A stretch of DNA of 64,000 nt from a virus. Shown here in pieces: positions 39,206-48,869 of the stretch (position 1 is its first letter; every line of letters starts with the position of its first letter). A program made the translations under genes and the position numbers. The stretch is from positions 3,637 to 67,636 of IMG/VR virus record IMGVR_UViG_3300030107_001603; one strand, 5' to 3'. The notes beneath the pieces were generated by a model. That model did no database searches, had not been told where the DNA came from, and saw only the letters and a list, made by a program, of their open reading frames with translations.

Positions 39206-40099
39206 TTAATCTTTTTTAAATGTTCCGTTAACCATCTTTCCAGTTCTATTTGATATCTCATCGTAAGCCGCGTCAATACAATCTTCAATTGATACATTAT
39301 TTAATTCAGCTAGATTTGTCAATACAACTACACAATCACCAATACCATCAATAATTTCAGCTTTATCATTTTTTAATACAGCTCTACATATTTCTCCAGC
39401 TTCTTCTATTAATTTAAGTGTTTGAGTTTTAGGATCACCTTTGTCATATAGACCTCTTTCATGAGCCCACATTCTTATTAATTCAAACATACTAACTTCT
39501 GAACAACTATCATCACAATACTTTTGTTGTCTAACACCCGTTGGCGCTAAACCTCCAGTTAATGTTCCATTGCGTTTTTGTTCGACTTCATTCATTTGTT
39601 TAGCGTTGTCGAACATTCTGTCGTAAGCGTCGTGATTATCAAACCATCTAGCAAAAGCTTTATTATATATATAACATCTATTATTTGTATATTGAGATGG
39701 TTTAACATTATCCATTATCCATTCAATTGATTTGCTAGTAATTCCAACTGGACCACTATCTGTCTCCCATTGCATACCTATTTTATCCATAAGCTGCCCT
39801 CTTAGTTTATTGACCGGACAAGGGAATGTCGTGGTCATTTCTGTTACATTTATTTTCATATTATTTATTCTTATTTGGTTTACTGGTTTATATAAATCTT
39901 TATAAAGTTTTCTATCGACACTGTAACCCATTGCTTTCTGAAATGATATTTCTTTTTCAGATATTAGATCAATATCTGAAGTAGACATTATAACTTCGTA
40001 TTCACCTGGGTAATAACCCTGTTGACGTTCAACTCTTTCTTCAAGATTTGTTGTTACCCCTATTTTTACACCCGGGATATGGTATAAGTAATACATCAT
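39206..40099 (-). CDS. MazG-like NTP pyrophosphohydrolase with GIY-YIG-like N-terminal extension
   Basis: C-terminal 'KLIEEAGE...IIDGIGDCVVVL...AYDEI..R.G'; N-terminal 'YYLYHIPGVKIGVTTNLEER'. Confidence 0.7.
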   Translation of the reverse strand: MMYYLYHIPGVKIGVTTNLEERVERQQGYYPGEYEVIMSTSDIDLISEKEISFQKAMGYSVDRKLYKDLYKPVNQIRINNMKINVTEMTTTFPCPVNKLRGQLMDKIGMQWETDSGPVGITSKSIEWIMDNVKPSQYTNNRCYIYNKAFARWFDNHDAYDRMFDNAKQMNEVEQKRNGTLTGGLAPTGVRQQKYCDDSCSEVSMFELIRMWAHERGLYDKGDPKTQTLKLIEEAGEICRAVLKNDKAEIIDGIGDCVVVLTNLAELNNVSIEDCIDAAYDEISNRTGKMVNGTFKKD

Positions 40100-40734
40100 A
40101 TTTTATCATTATATAAATGCATATTATGCGCGAAATGATAATATACACCCGGTTCAATATTAAGTCTCTTAGAGACCATCTCTTGTAGCTTAGAAAAACA
40201 ATATTGGTCATTACAAAAGCCAAACCAAAGATCGTTAGACCTCATTGTTACACACATGTCAAGTCTACCATGTAATATTGTGAACTGTATAGCGTAAGTA
40301 CAAGGCGTATCGTTTGTATAATCTTTATACTCTTTACAGTCGTATATTGATATTGCAGCTTGCCTTGTGTCTGGATTATACTTGAGTAAATTCACGACAT
40401 GATCTATTTGGTTATTACGTTGCCATTGATAACCGTAGTTAGAGTTTACAGTACCCCACTCGTTAGCCATACGTTTCCATATTTCAGGTACCTTACCGTA
40501 TATTTCACCTAACCTTTGTATATGAGGATCGCCAGTTAAATACCACTGCCATTCAGCTTCAGCATAATCTTCTTTCCAGTTACGTTCTCTATTTATTATT
40601 CTATTATCCATAGGATCTGTTATATAGAAACCTGCGTTGAATAGAGCTTTAGTATCTCCGAAATCTACACCATCTCGTATTATACGATCGTGTAAATATT
40701 CATAAGCTGTATTTGCATTTCTAAATTTAAGCAT
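40096..40734 (-). CDS. Thymidylate-synthase family enzyme, dCMP hydroxymethylase-like (likely start 40734)
   Basis: Catalytic 'TPCT'; 'MRSNDLWFGFCND'; 'HNMHLY'. Confidence 0.8.
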   Translation of the reverse strand: MLKFRNANTAYEYLHDRIIRDGVDFGDTKALFNAGFYITDPMDNRIINRERNWKEDYAEAEWQWYLTGDPHIQRLGEIYGKVPEIWKRMANEWGTVNSNYGYQWQRNNQIDHVVNLLKYNPDTRQAAISIYDCKEYKDYTNDTPCTYAIQFTILHGRLDMCVTMRSNDLWFGFCNDQYCFSKLQEMVSKRLNIEPGVYYHFAHNMHLYNDKI

Positions 40735-40918
40735 AGTGTTCTCCTTTGTATTTAATATAATTAGAAAAATCTTGTATTGTAAGCTCGCTAACACCCGGCG
40801 TGATTCTAAAGTATGTTTTTGACTTACCGTTCTTGGTTAATGTAATTGTTTTATTGTGTATCTTCTCTCCATTCGTATCTTTATATGATATCATTTTTTG
40901 TTTTAAAGTATTATCCAT
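40727..40918 (-). CDS. Hypothetical protein
   Basis: ORF overlapping neighbours in the operon; true start probably the second Met. Confidence 0.45.
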   Translation of the reverse strand: MDNTLKQKMISYKDTNGEKIHNKTITLTKNGKSKTYFRITPGVSELTIQDFSNYIKYKGEHYA

Positions 40919-40940
40919 CTTTATTCGTATTTAATTTGTA
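40909..40940 (-). promoter_or_regulatory. Class-1 promoter motif
   Basis: TACAAATTAAATACGA-N9-GATAATA on the - strand. Confidence 0.75.
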
Positions 40941-41204
40941 TTTATTGTAATAATATTTATAATACTCATACATTTTAGCTAAAGCTTCTTTGTCTTTATA
41001 AACTTTAGGGTCTAAATGTATTTTCTTATTAATATTTAATTCAACTCTCCATTCGCCCTTGCTGCTTTCCCAATGAGGTATTACAGCTATCTTTATTCCT
41101 TTCTTGTTACACCAACCAACATGTTTTATATCTTGCTTGGTATATTTAAGAAATCCGGGGCTCTGACCTACAACTTTTTTAGCGTTTCTAAATCCTATTC
41201 CCAT
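40911..41204 (-). CDS. Hypothetical protein
   Basis: ORF coupled to the primase-helicase. Confidence 0.5.
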   Translation of the reverse strand: MGIGFRNAKKVVGQSPGFLKYTKQDIKHVGWCNKKGIKIAVIPHWESSKGEWRVELNINKKIHLDPKVYKDKEALAKMYEYYKYYYNKYKLNTNKDG

Positions 41205-42904
41205 GGCATTGGCTCGTTTTCAGCTGCTACTACAACTTCAGGTACAAAACTTCCAGATCGTGGCTCCCAAGTAAAATGAGCTTCAGCTCCATTTTCACCA
41301 AGGTTTTGGAATTTAACTTTAAGCACCTTAACTTTAGTTGTTTTCGCTTCGTAATCTCTATGAACTAAAAGTCCATGGTAACTAGCGTCATACCATTCAC
41401 CACCACCTTTAATATTATACATAGTAGGTTCTTCAATCTTTCCATCTTGACCTTTGTACATTTTAGTAGGATGAGCTACTATAAAAGTTAGTACGTCATA
41501 TTTCTTACAAAAAGCTTCAATCTTAGCTAAGTAATCCATAGTATAGCGATTCACATCGTCTGAAGCCGCGTTAACATCTCTTACCTTGTTGAATGGGTCT
41601 ATTACTAGACATTTGATACCTTTACGTTTTACAAGTTCAGCTCCTTTACGTAAAACAGATTCTAAATTGTATTTATCCATATCAATAAAGAAATAATTAT
41701 CATTTACGTGGTCCGCAACTTGATTCCATTTATTAGAACCAATATCCCCTGGTGAAGGCATATCCATCCATGTTTTCCTCATTAGTTTATGAGCGTGTAA
41801 ATACGTAGGTTGATTTTCAGGACTGGCAAAAGCAGTCTTCCAACCGTAGTTATTATTATAACCAACTACCATTTGATCAACAAAGTCAGATTTACCACTA
41901 CTAGGTATACCAGTAACAGTAATGAACTGACCAGTATAAGTACTGAATATATTGTCAAAATTTTGTAGCCCGATTTGATACCCAGGCTTAAAACCATTTT
42001 GTACAAAGTCTTTAAGTTCATCTTCTATATCTTTTAATGTTGATACATTTTCTAGCGGTACGGGTTTAGCTTTGTTTATAATGTCACGTAAAGCTTTAGC
42101 ACCATGTTCAAGCAAATATTCGTTAGCATCTTTGTTACCATTGAAATCTATAAGATAACATACTTCTGCTCCAAGACGTCTAACGAGTTCACGTTGTAAC
42201 ATTTGACCAGGTTCGTCTGCATCAACCGCTAATATTATTTTGGTTTTATCATCAAAATAATCAATACAATTATCTAAATAATCTAAATTATTTCTATTTA
42301 ACGTAGCTCCATTTGGAACTGAAACAGCATTTTTAATACCAGCCTCATGTAACGCTAGTACATCCATTTCACCCTCAACAATAACGCAGGTATCATAACC
42401 CACAATACTATTGATATTATAAAATACTTTTTCAGCACCTTTATAAAGCTTAAAGTTCTTTCTACCGTCACGATACTTAACATTGATAAGCTGATCACCC
42501 ATAAAGTAGTTAAACTGTATAGTGTTTTCTTGCTTACCAGTTTGAGGCATCCATTCAGAACCTTCAGAAACTTGAAGGTCTTTTAATGTTGTCTTTGAAA
42601 TACCTCTTGTACCGAACCAAGTTTCAACGTTAGTACTTATATCGTTAAATTGCTCTGGAGTATCTGGTCTTATATAAACCTTTTCACTAGAGCCTTTACG
42701 TTGATAAGTATGTAGTTGAAAACTTGTATCACAATTGTGACAGGTACCGAGACCACGTTCCCAATCATATGAAGCACATTGTAGCTTCTGATTTTTAGGT
42801 TTCCTAGTATGTGAACACAGGGGACAAATCCCCTGCGTAGCACCATCTTTCAGGTCGTATTGATTATACTTGTCAATCAAAAATCCATTGATCTCTTGTA
42901 CCAT
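41195..42904 (-). CDS. Primase-helicase (T7 gp4/Twinkle-like)
   Basis: Zn finger CPLC...CHNC; TOPRIM 'IVEGEMD...DADEPG...KDANE'; Walker A 'GIPSSGKS'; 'LVIDP', 'VAHP'. Confidence 0.92.
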   Translation of the reverse strand: MVQEINGFLIDKYNQYDLKDGATQGICPLCSHTRKPKNQKLQCASYDWERGLGTCHNCDTSFQLHTYQRKGSSEKVYIRPDTPEQFNDISTNVETWFGTRGISKTTLKDLQVSEGSEWMPQTGKQENTIQFNYFMGDQLINVKYRDGRKNFKLYKGAEKVFYNINSIVGYDTCVIVEGEMDVLALHEAGIKNAVSVPNGATLNRNNLDYLDNCIDYFDDKTKIILAVDADEPGQMLQRELVRRLGAEVCYLIDFNGNKDANEYLLEHGAKALRDIINKAKPVPLENVSTLKDIEDELKDFVQNGFKPGYQIGLQNFDNIFSTYTGQFITVTGIPSSGKSDFVDQMVVGYNNNYGWKTAFASPENQPTYLHAHKLMRKTWMDMPSPGDIGSNKWNQVADHVNDNYFFIDMDKYNLESVLRKGAELVKRKGIKCLVIDPFNKVRDVNAASDDVNRYTMDYLAKIEAFCKKYDVLTFIVAHPTKMYKGQDGKIEEPTMYNIKGGGEWYDASYHGLLVHRDYEAKTTKVKVLKVKFQNLGENGAEAHFTWEPRSGSFVPEVVVAAENEPMPWE

Positions 42905-42907
42905 ATA

Positions 42908-43216
42908 TTAGAATGGTAAATCTGGTTCAGCCGCAGCAGGAGCAGGCGCTGGAGCTGATTGGTTATCTCTTGGAGCGGTATCTACATTAGTACCGTTAGT
43001 CCAAACTACTTTTACATTACCAAGGTAAGTCTTAGCTGCTTTAGCATCTCTTTCTTCCTTAGTTTGTTCTACAACTACAGGTCCTTGATTACCGAATTGA
43101 TCTGGTTCATCATTTAATGTAATTGTAATTGGTAAGTATTTACCTTTTTTACCTACAAAGATTTTATCTTTAGGTATATTATTAAGGTTAATACTTGTTT
43201 TAATAATACTTGCCAT
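42908..43216 (-). CDS. Putative single-stranded DNA-binding protein
   Basis: Small beta protein with flexible tail ending 'DLPF'. Confidence 0.65.
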   Translation of the reverse strand: MASIIKTSINLNNIPKDKIFVGKKGKYLPITITLNDEPDQFGNQGPVVVEQTKEERDAKAAKTYLGNVKVVWTNGTNVDTAPRDNQSAPAPAPAAAEPDLPF

Positions 43217-43384
43217 TTAATAATTATTTATTTGGTTAAACATTCTTGTTAATTGTTCTTTAGTAGCACCTCCAACTCGCCTTAAGTTATCAATCGCTTT
43301 CACGTGATTTTGATTACTATAAAAATTCTTTTCAGAAGTTTTAATTCCACTAACTGTGCATACTTTCATTTTTGGTCTTGCCAT
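43217..43384 (-). CDS. Small hypothetical protein (55 aa, not in ORF track)
   Basis: MARPKMKVCTVSG...FNQINNY*; fills the gap exactly. Confidence 0.55.
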   Translation of the reverse strand: MARPKMKVCTVSGIKTSEKNFYSNQNHVKAIDNLRRVGGATKEQLTRMFNQINNY

Positions 43385-43394
43385 AATAATTGGT

Positions 43395-44156
43395 TTAAAG
43401 GGTTTTGCTTATGAAGTACTGTTTAGGATCAAAGTCCCTGGTCTTATAAAACAAGTCATAAGCTTCACTTGCTTTACTCACCTTTTCTTCACCTTTTTCA
43501 TAAAACTGAGGTGAACAATCAAACATTCCTATTTGATGTGTTATTTTGTCTATAACTATGAATAACATCTCATATCCGAATAACTTACTATAGATATAAG
43601 CTTGTGAGTCATAGTTAAATTTACTGGCTGACCATTTAAACCTGTCAATATCACCAGTTGTTTTTAAGTCAATAACTAATTTTTCTTCATGATTAACAAT
43701 ATCTGCCTTACCTTTCCATTGATTACCAAACAACTCTGTAACCATTGGAACTTCATATTCAATACCAGTTCTATCTCTTATTGTTTTACCGTATATCGAA
43801 CCGTTTATAAGATCTCTGCATATATCGTTAGCCATAAGTTTATCTCTCATCAACTCTATTTCGTCTACTTCTTTTTGTAATAAACATAGTTCACCTCCAC
43901 TCACGTCTTTATATTCTTTTGTATTTCTAGTATTAGACTTAACAACTCTAAATCTTTCGATTTTGTCTGGTTCTAATATACAAGTGTGAAAATACCCACC
44001 AACTAAAAACGCTGGTGATGGTTTACTAGGTTTAAACACGTTCAACGGGTCTTTTAATAACTTACTTACATGTGAATTAGATAAGAATTGATTACCAAAA
44101 TCACCGTAATAATCTTCATCGCTTTTAAGTCTTTGTAATATTTGTTTTTTGTCCAT
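43395..44156 (-). CDS. PD-(D/E)XK exonuclease (RecE/ExoVIII-like)
   Basis: 'LSNS...GGYFHTCILEP...KGKADI...IDLKTT...YDSQAYIY'. Confidence 0.8.
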   Translation of the reverse strand: MDKKQILQRLKSDEDYYGDFGNQFLSNSHVSKLLKDPLNVFKPSKPSPAFLVGGYFHTCILEPDKIERFRVVKSNTRNTKEYKDVSGGELCLLQKEVDEIELMRDKLMANDICRDLINGSIYGKTIRDRTGIEYEVPMVTELFGNQWKGKADIVNHEEKLVIDLKTTGDIDRFKWSASKFNYDSQAYIYSKLFGYEMLFIVIDKITHQIGMFDCSPQFYEKGEEKVSKASEAYDLFYKTRDFDPKQYFISKTL

Positions 44157-44712
44157 TTAATTTATTTAGTTCAACTAAATGTTGAGTATTAATTTTATAT
44201 TTAGCTTCTATAGCTTTCATATCACCGCCTGCTACTATATATTCTTTAGCTTTTTCAAACTGTTCTTTAGTCATCATTGGTTTAGCGGCTTGTTTAATCT
44301 TGTTAACAGCATTAGACTTACCATGATTATTAGTAGAGTCAGCATCAGCTGTATCATCGATTAGAAATAAATTACCTAAAGCATATTTCTTGCCGTATGA
44401 AGAAGCTGCACCAAACTGCTGAGCGGTTTGCATACCTTTTTGATTAAGGTCTACACCGACTATAGCAGTAGCGCTTATACTGTCTTTACCATCTGATATT
44501 ATTGCTGTTGATTTGATTGTTGGAACAGGGTCAGTCATGATTAGCTCTTCATTAAGAGTGACTGTAACGCCATGTTTTAAAAGGAAAGGCTTTGTGGCCT
44601 CTAGTATGTCTTCGGCTTTCCTAAAATAATACTTACCGAACGAGTTGTAACTCGATTTTTTAGCTTTTAATTCAGTTTGAATTATCGCTAGTTTTTGGTT
44701 TAATTCTTTCAT
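44125..44712 (-). CDS. ERF-family ssDNA annealing protein
   Basis: 'NSFGKYYFRKAEDI...QQFGAASSYGKKYALGNLFLIDD..DAD'. Confidence 0.85.
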   Translation of the reverse strand: MKELNQKLAIIQTELKAKKSSYNSFGKYYFRKAEDILEATKPFLLKHGVTVTLNEELIMTDPVPTIKSTAIISDGKDSISATAIVGVDLNQKGMQTAQQFGAASSYGKKYALGNLFLIDDTADADSTNNHGKSNAVNKIKQAAKPMMTKEQFEKAKEYIVAGGDMKAIEAKYKINTQHLVELNKLNGQKTNITKT

Positions 44713-44733
44713 ATTATTGGTCTTTGGTGTATA

Positions 44734-44753
44734 TATATAATTACACGTTTTTT
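44734..44753 (-). promoter_or_regulatory. Class-2 promoter-like motif
   Basis: AAAAAACGTGTAATTATATA on the - strand ahead of erf. Confidence 0.45.
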
Positions 44754-44783
44754 ATTAAATTTAATTTTATTTTTCACTCTATC

Positions 44784-45539
44784 TTACAGAAAGTCAAGCA
44801 CTTGCGAGTGATCTACATTTTCTATAAGTTTATCTACAGCTTGCTTTTTTAGCTGTGAAACTCTCACGTAAGAACTACTACCTTCCATACCTAAATATTT
44901 AGCTATTTCAGTGGCTGAATGTTTATCACAGTCAAGTCCATAGCTCAATCTAATTACTTGATATTCTTTATCAGACAAATGAGATTGACATAAACCTTTT
45001 AAATAAAGATTTAATAGATCTATATTGTAAGGCTCTGAATTATCAGGTATTTGATATACCATATCTTCATCTGCTGGACTAGCATCAATACTTAAGAATA
45101 TAGAGTTGAAAAACATTTCAACCATCTTTTTATCTTTACCAAAGTTTTTACGTATTTCATTAATTTTATGCTCAGGTATTCTAATATTACCTCTGTTTGA
45201 ATCTATCTGTCTACGTATACTTCCTTTAATACGTTTAGCAAAAAACGATTTTAATGTTTTTTCCATATCTTCAGATTCTCTAAGCTTTTCATAATCCAAT
45301 TTACGAACCGCTTGCGCTAATCCTAAACTACCTGATTGTATCATGTCCATTATTGTCATTACTCCACTGGCTTGCTGTGATGTTGAGAATTTTCTAGCTA
45401 TATTCTCTACTAATGGTAGAAATCTTATAGTAAGTTCTTCTCTAGTATAATCGTCTAAAGGAAGGTTTGGCAACCTTTTTACAGCCGCAGATATATCGTT
45501 TTTATATCTTACATAATTTTGTATATTATATTTTTTCAT
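44784..45539 (-). CDS. Sigma70-family RNA polymerase sigma factor
   Basis: 'LPLVENIARKF...DMIQSGSLGLAQAV', 'IRIPEH', region-4 HTH 'VIRLSYGL...EIAKYLG...VRVSQLKKQA'. Confidence 0.88.
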   Translation of the reverse strand: MKKYNIQNYVRYKNDISAAVKRLPNLPLDDYTREELTIRFLPLVENIARKFSTSQQASGVMTIMDMIQSGSLGLAQAVRKLDYEKLRESEDMEKTLKSFFAKRIKGSIRRQIDSNRGNIRIPEHKINEIRKNFGKDKKMVEMFFNSIFLSIDASPADEDMVYQIPDNSEPYNIDLLNLYLKGLCQSHLSDKEYQVIRLSYGLDCDKHSATEIAKYLGMEGSSSYVRVSQLKKQAVDKLIENVDHSQVLDFL

Positions 45540-45946
45540 GATCTTTTACTAGTATTTTTAAAAGTTTTTAATTTTGGTTTTCTAATAATAATCTTTTTAA
45601 TTTTTAATCCATCAAAATAAAGTACTGCATCACCACTATTATTTTTATAAGTTTTTATATCACCATCTCTAAAATAGACTATAATCTTTCTTTCTTTAAT
45701 AAAGTTTTGAGTTGTCACACATTTACAATTATCATAAAGATCTAAAACTAAAAATTCATTTGTATCTATATTTATATCAGTATCTTCTAAGAAAACACTT
45801 TTAGTTTTGTTAATTATTTCGCTTTTATAATAATCAAATTCAAAATGTATTTTACCAGCTATTGAATGACATATAGTATCTTGTGCTTGTGAATAACTAA
45901 ATCCAGCTAGTAATAATCCTGCTATTGTTAATTTTATTTTTTTCAT
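45536..45946 (-). CDS. Exported hypothetical protein
   Basis: Signal peptide 'MKKIKLTIAGLLLAGFSYSQA'. Confidence 0.55.
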   Translation of the reverse strand: MKKIKLTIAGLLLAGFSYSQAQDTICHSIAGKIHFEFDYYKSEIINKTKSVFLEDTDINIDTNEFLVLDLYDNCKCVTTQNFIKERKIIVYFRDGDIKTYKNNSGDAVLYFDGLKIKKIIIRKPKLKTFKNTSKRS

Positions 45947-46311
45947 AATTGTTTGTTTAATAATTTTTCGTTAATTCTTTGTTTTATTATTCTTATGTCG
46001 TTTGCTTGTACTTTGTAATCTTTCATTAATTCTTTTGGCACATTGTCCCAAGCTCCAATATAATTCTGTACGTTAAATCCTCTTTTAATACATTCTTCAT
46101 ACAATTTTATATATCTCTTTTTAAGATGTAATAATTTATTATAGAAAAATTTAACATGACCTGTACCTAATTTGAATTTATCAGGTATTCCATCCATATT
46201 ATATTTACCTTTAGCAATACAATTTGGTATACGTTTTATCTCCCTATGTTCAGCTATTAAATGTTGATTAGTCAACTCAGCTGGTGGTATTCCTACATTT
46301 ATTCTTGTCAT
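45943..46311 (-). CDS. denV: Pyrimidine-dimer DNA glycosylase (T4 endonuclease V)
   Basis: 'MTRIN...HLIAEHREIKRI...LGTGHVKFFY'. Confidence 0.92.
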   Translation of the reverse strand: MTRINVGIPPAELTNQHLIAEHREIKRIPNCIAKGKYNMDGIPDKFKLGTGHVKFFYNKLLHLKKRYIKLYEECIKRGFNVQNYIGAWDNVPKELMKDYKVQANDIRIIKQRINEKLLNKQL

Positions 46312-46414
46312 TTATTAAATCTTTTTGCTCTTACTACTTTATCTTTTTTCATTTTTTTAAGTGTCCATAATATATCTGTTAATAACTTAAATAATTGTTT
46401 TTCTTGTTTTCCTG

Positions 46415-47035
46415 TCATAATTGTTTATTTAATAGTTCTTTTTCTCGTTTTAATTCTTCACACATGTTTCTGTGTATAGTTCTTGTTGAACAGTTAAGTC
46501 TTGCTGCTAATCTTTTTATTGTTATTTTCCAGCCACTATGATTTAGTGATAACATTAAATCGTAAATATCGTCTTGAGTAACTGTTTTAGTTCTACCTAT
46601 TAATTGACCTACAATACGTAGTTTTTCTTCAGTACACATACCGTTATAAGGTTTGAATATAACTTTCCGTAATTTGTTTTTAGGAGGTTCTTCAAAGTCT
46701 AACATGCTAATTTCGTATACCATTTTTCTTAACAATTCAGCATGTATATTGAACGTGACGAAACCTTGTTTTTTCTCAGCAATAAGCTCTGCAACTCTCA
46801 TAAACTCTTCTTGATCTAACTGTGGATTTAAATACCATAATACTAACAAGTGCCACTTAAGAGACTTATATGTAGTTATTTTTGCTTTACTTCTAAATAG
46901 TTCATAACATTCGTGTGTACCATTCTCATAAAACATATATACTTCATTTTCTATAGTTGGTTGATCCGTAATTGGAAACCTTCTATATACGATGCGCCAC
47001 ATATCTAATCTATTTGTGTTTCTATCGTGTGACAT
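46415..47035 (-). CDS. DNA-binding protein with C-terminal HTH, possible replication initiator
   Basis: 'ITIKRLAARLNCSTRTIHRN' HTH; helical middle domain; inverted repeat over its start codon. Confidence 0.55.
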   Translation of the reverse strand: MSHDRNTNRLDMWRIVYRRFPITDQPTIENEVYMFYENGTHECYELFRSKAKITTYKSLKWHLLVLWYLNPQLDQEEFMRVAELIAEKKQGFVTFNIHAELLRKMVYEISMLDFEEPPKNKLRKVIFKPYNGMCTEEKLRIVGQLIGRTKTVTQDDIYDLMLSLNHSGWKITIKRLAARLNCSTRTIHRNMCEELKREKELLNKQL

Positions 47036-47072
47036 TAGCCTATTACTCTTTATTCTTAGGGGCTGTTGTCAC
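47029..47072. promoter_or_regulatory. Inverted-repeat operator-like site 1
   Basis: GTGACATTAGCCT-N18-GGGCTGTTGTCAC. Confidence 0.6.
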
Positions 47073-47183
47073 AGTCCCCTGTGGTTTTAAGGTAACGAAA
47101 ACAATTCTTGTTTCATTATTATCATTACCATATTTAATTTCATTAAATTGTTTTATTCTTAACTTTAATCTTTCGTTCATATT

Positions 47184-47405
47184 TTAAAATTTTAATAGTT
47201 TTAAGTATCTATTATACTTTTTAAATAATTTTACCTTTATAGGGCTAAGTTCGCCGTTTAAGGCATTTTCAAAAATCTCTTGTCTTAATTTACAGACATA
47301 ATATTCTACTGTGTCCATATGCCTTTTTTTTCTAAATATTTTATTCATAATCTCTAATACATTTAAATAACGGGTGTCTGTAACTATTCGCCTTTGTTCT
47401 TTCAA
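47184..47405 (-). CDS. Hypothetical protein
   Basis: ORF in the - strand operon; true start probably downstream. Confidence 0.4.
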   Translation of the reverse strand: MKEQRRIVTDTRYLNVLEIMNKIFRKKRHMDTVEYYVCKLRQEIFENALNGELSPIKVKLFKKYNRYLKLLKF

Positions 47406-48189
47406 AATATGTGAACGTAGCTATCTTACCAACCCAGGTTTTCATTTCTTCAAAATTCTCTTGTAAATACTCAAACTTATCCATAACAGGCATACCGAAC
47501 TCGTTACCATCAGCATCGATAGCCATGAATTTACCTATAGTACCTACACGCTTACCTTTACCTTCGACCCAGTCAGTTATAGTAGCCTCGGTATCGTGAA
47601 AGTCTTTGAACTTTCTAAGGTTGTGAGATCTATTACAATGATAAGTATCGTTAGTTCTAACAATAGAACCTTCGTAACCAGCTATAAGATTTGCATCATG
47701 GCAATTTTTAGCTGATCTTTCAGAAGTTATTAATTGAGTTTCAACATCTTTAATACAATAAGTTATTGGAACTTGATTTCTAATAAAATTGAGACGTTGA
47801 TCAAACTCCATTGTCTCGTCTATTATATCATAACAATGAAATTGTGTCAATTCTGATGCTTCTTGACGATCCTGATCGGTTGGTTTTGTTTTTCTAACTA
47901 ACGATATGATCTTTTCAAAGTTATCTCTTAGATCGTGATTATACAACTCGCCATCTAATACAACATTAGGGTATTTTGCAAAGAATGGTTTTAAGTCTTC
48001 TAATATATGTTCTATATTTAACCACTCTTTACCTGTACGTGAATATGCTTTAATTCGGTTCCTTGGTGCAGTATCATACTGTATTAAACATCTAACACCA
48101 TCTAATTTTGGTTGTATAAACGTTGGTTTACTATAATCTATTGGCTTATCGCTAACAGGATATGCTAGCATTGGTTTCTTTCTCATCAT
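47341..48189 (-). CDS. ATP-dependent DNA ligase
   Basis: 'QPKLDGVRC', 'LDGELY', 'GYEGSIVR', 'LRKFK', C-terminal OB fold. Confidence 0.92.
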   Translation of the reverse strand: MMRKKPMLAYPVSDKPIDYSKPTFIQPKLDGVRCLIQYDTAPRNRIKAYSRTGKEWLNIEHILEDLKPFFAKYPNVVLDGELYNHDLRDNFEKIISLVRKTKPTDQDRQEASELTQFHCYDIIDETMEFDQRLNFIRNQVPITYCIKDVETQLITSERSAKNCHDANLIAGYEGSIVRTNDTYHCNRSHNLRKFKDFHDTEATITDWVEGKGKRVGTIGKFMAIDADGNEFGMPVMDKFEYLQENFEEMKTWVGKIATFTYFERTKANSYRHPLFKCIRDYE

Positions 48190-48488
48190 AATTCTTTTAA
48201 TTTTTTGTTTATCTCATCTACTTTCTTTTGTAACTCAGCACACTTCTCATAGTTTTCATCTGTTTTATGATAGTCAATTTGAGTAAGAAGTTTAGCCAAC
48301 TCACCTAATAACTCATCTTCAGTTAAGGGTTTGTCAGCTTTTTTCTTTTTTCTCTTTTTAGGACTATACAGATTACTAAGGTTAATAGAAGTATTATTAG
48401 TATACCATTGTGTTTGTTCTTCTATATACTTTGTTAACAGTTTATCTACAATAAGATCTGCTAATCTGTTTAATTCTTTATCTGTCAT
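48186..48488 (-). CDS. Hypothetical protein with UVR (UvrB/UvrC) motif
   Basis: 'ENYEKCAELQKKVDEI'. Confidence 0.5.
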   Translation of the reverse strand: MTDKELNRLADLIVDKLLTKYIEEQTQWYTNNTSINLSNLYSPKKRKKKKADKPLTEDELLGELAKLLTQIDYHKTDENYEKCAELQKKVDEINKKLKEL

Positions 48489-48501
48489 ATTATATTTATT
48501 A

Positions 48502-48533
48502 TATTATATATCTTTATTCGTATTTAGTTTGTA
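48502..48533 (-). promoter_or_regulatory. Class-1 promoter motif
   Basis: TACAAACTAAATACGA-N9-TATAATA. Confidence 0.75.
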
Positions 48534-48869
48534 TCTCTCTATTAATATATATGGTGTACCTACAAATATACACTCTCCAACTTGGTCTTGAAATGGTTTT
48601 ACTTCAAATATACTTATCCACGTAGCTTTACCTGATACTTGCCATATATAATATATGTACTCTAAATCACCATGTTCTGTACACAGATCCTCTAGCTCCC
48701 AATCTTTCACTTTACCATGATGCTCATATGATTCAGCTATTTCTATTCCTAATCCTTCTGGATATCCATCACTATGAACATAAAACTGTGCGTTTATTTT
48801 CTTTGGATGTTCACTAAACGATACTCCATCTTCTCGTGTAGCGAATCTAATTTGTGCTCTTGTACTCAT
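48504..48869 (-). CDS. Conserved phage hypothetical protein
   Basis: 'MSTRAQI...YVHSDGYPEGLG' recurrent phage motif. Confidence 0.6.
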   Translation of the reverse strand: MSTRAQIRFATREDGVSFSEHPKKINAQFYVHSDGYPEGLGIEIAESYEHHGKVKDWELEDLCTEHGDLEYIYYIWQVSGKATWISIFEVKPFQDQVGECIFVGTPYILIERYKLNTNKDI

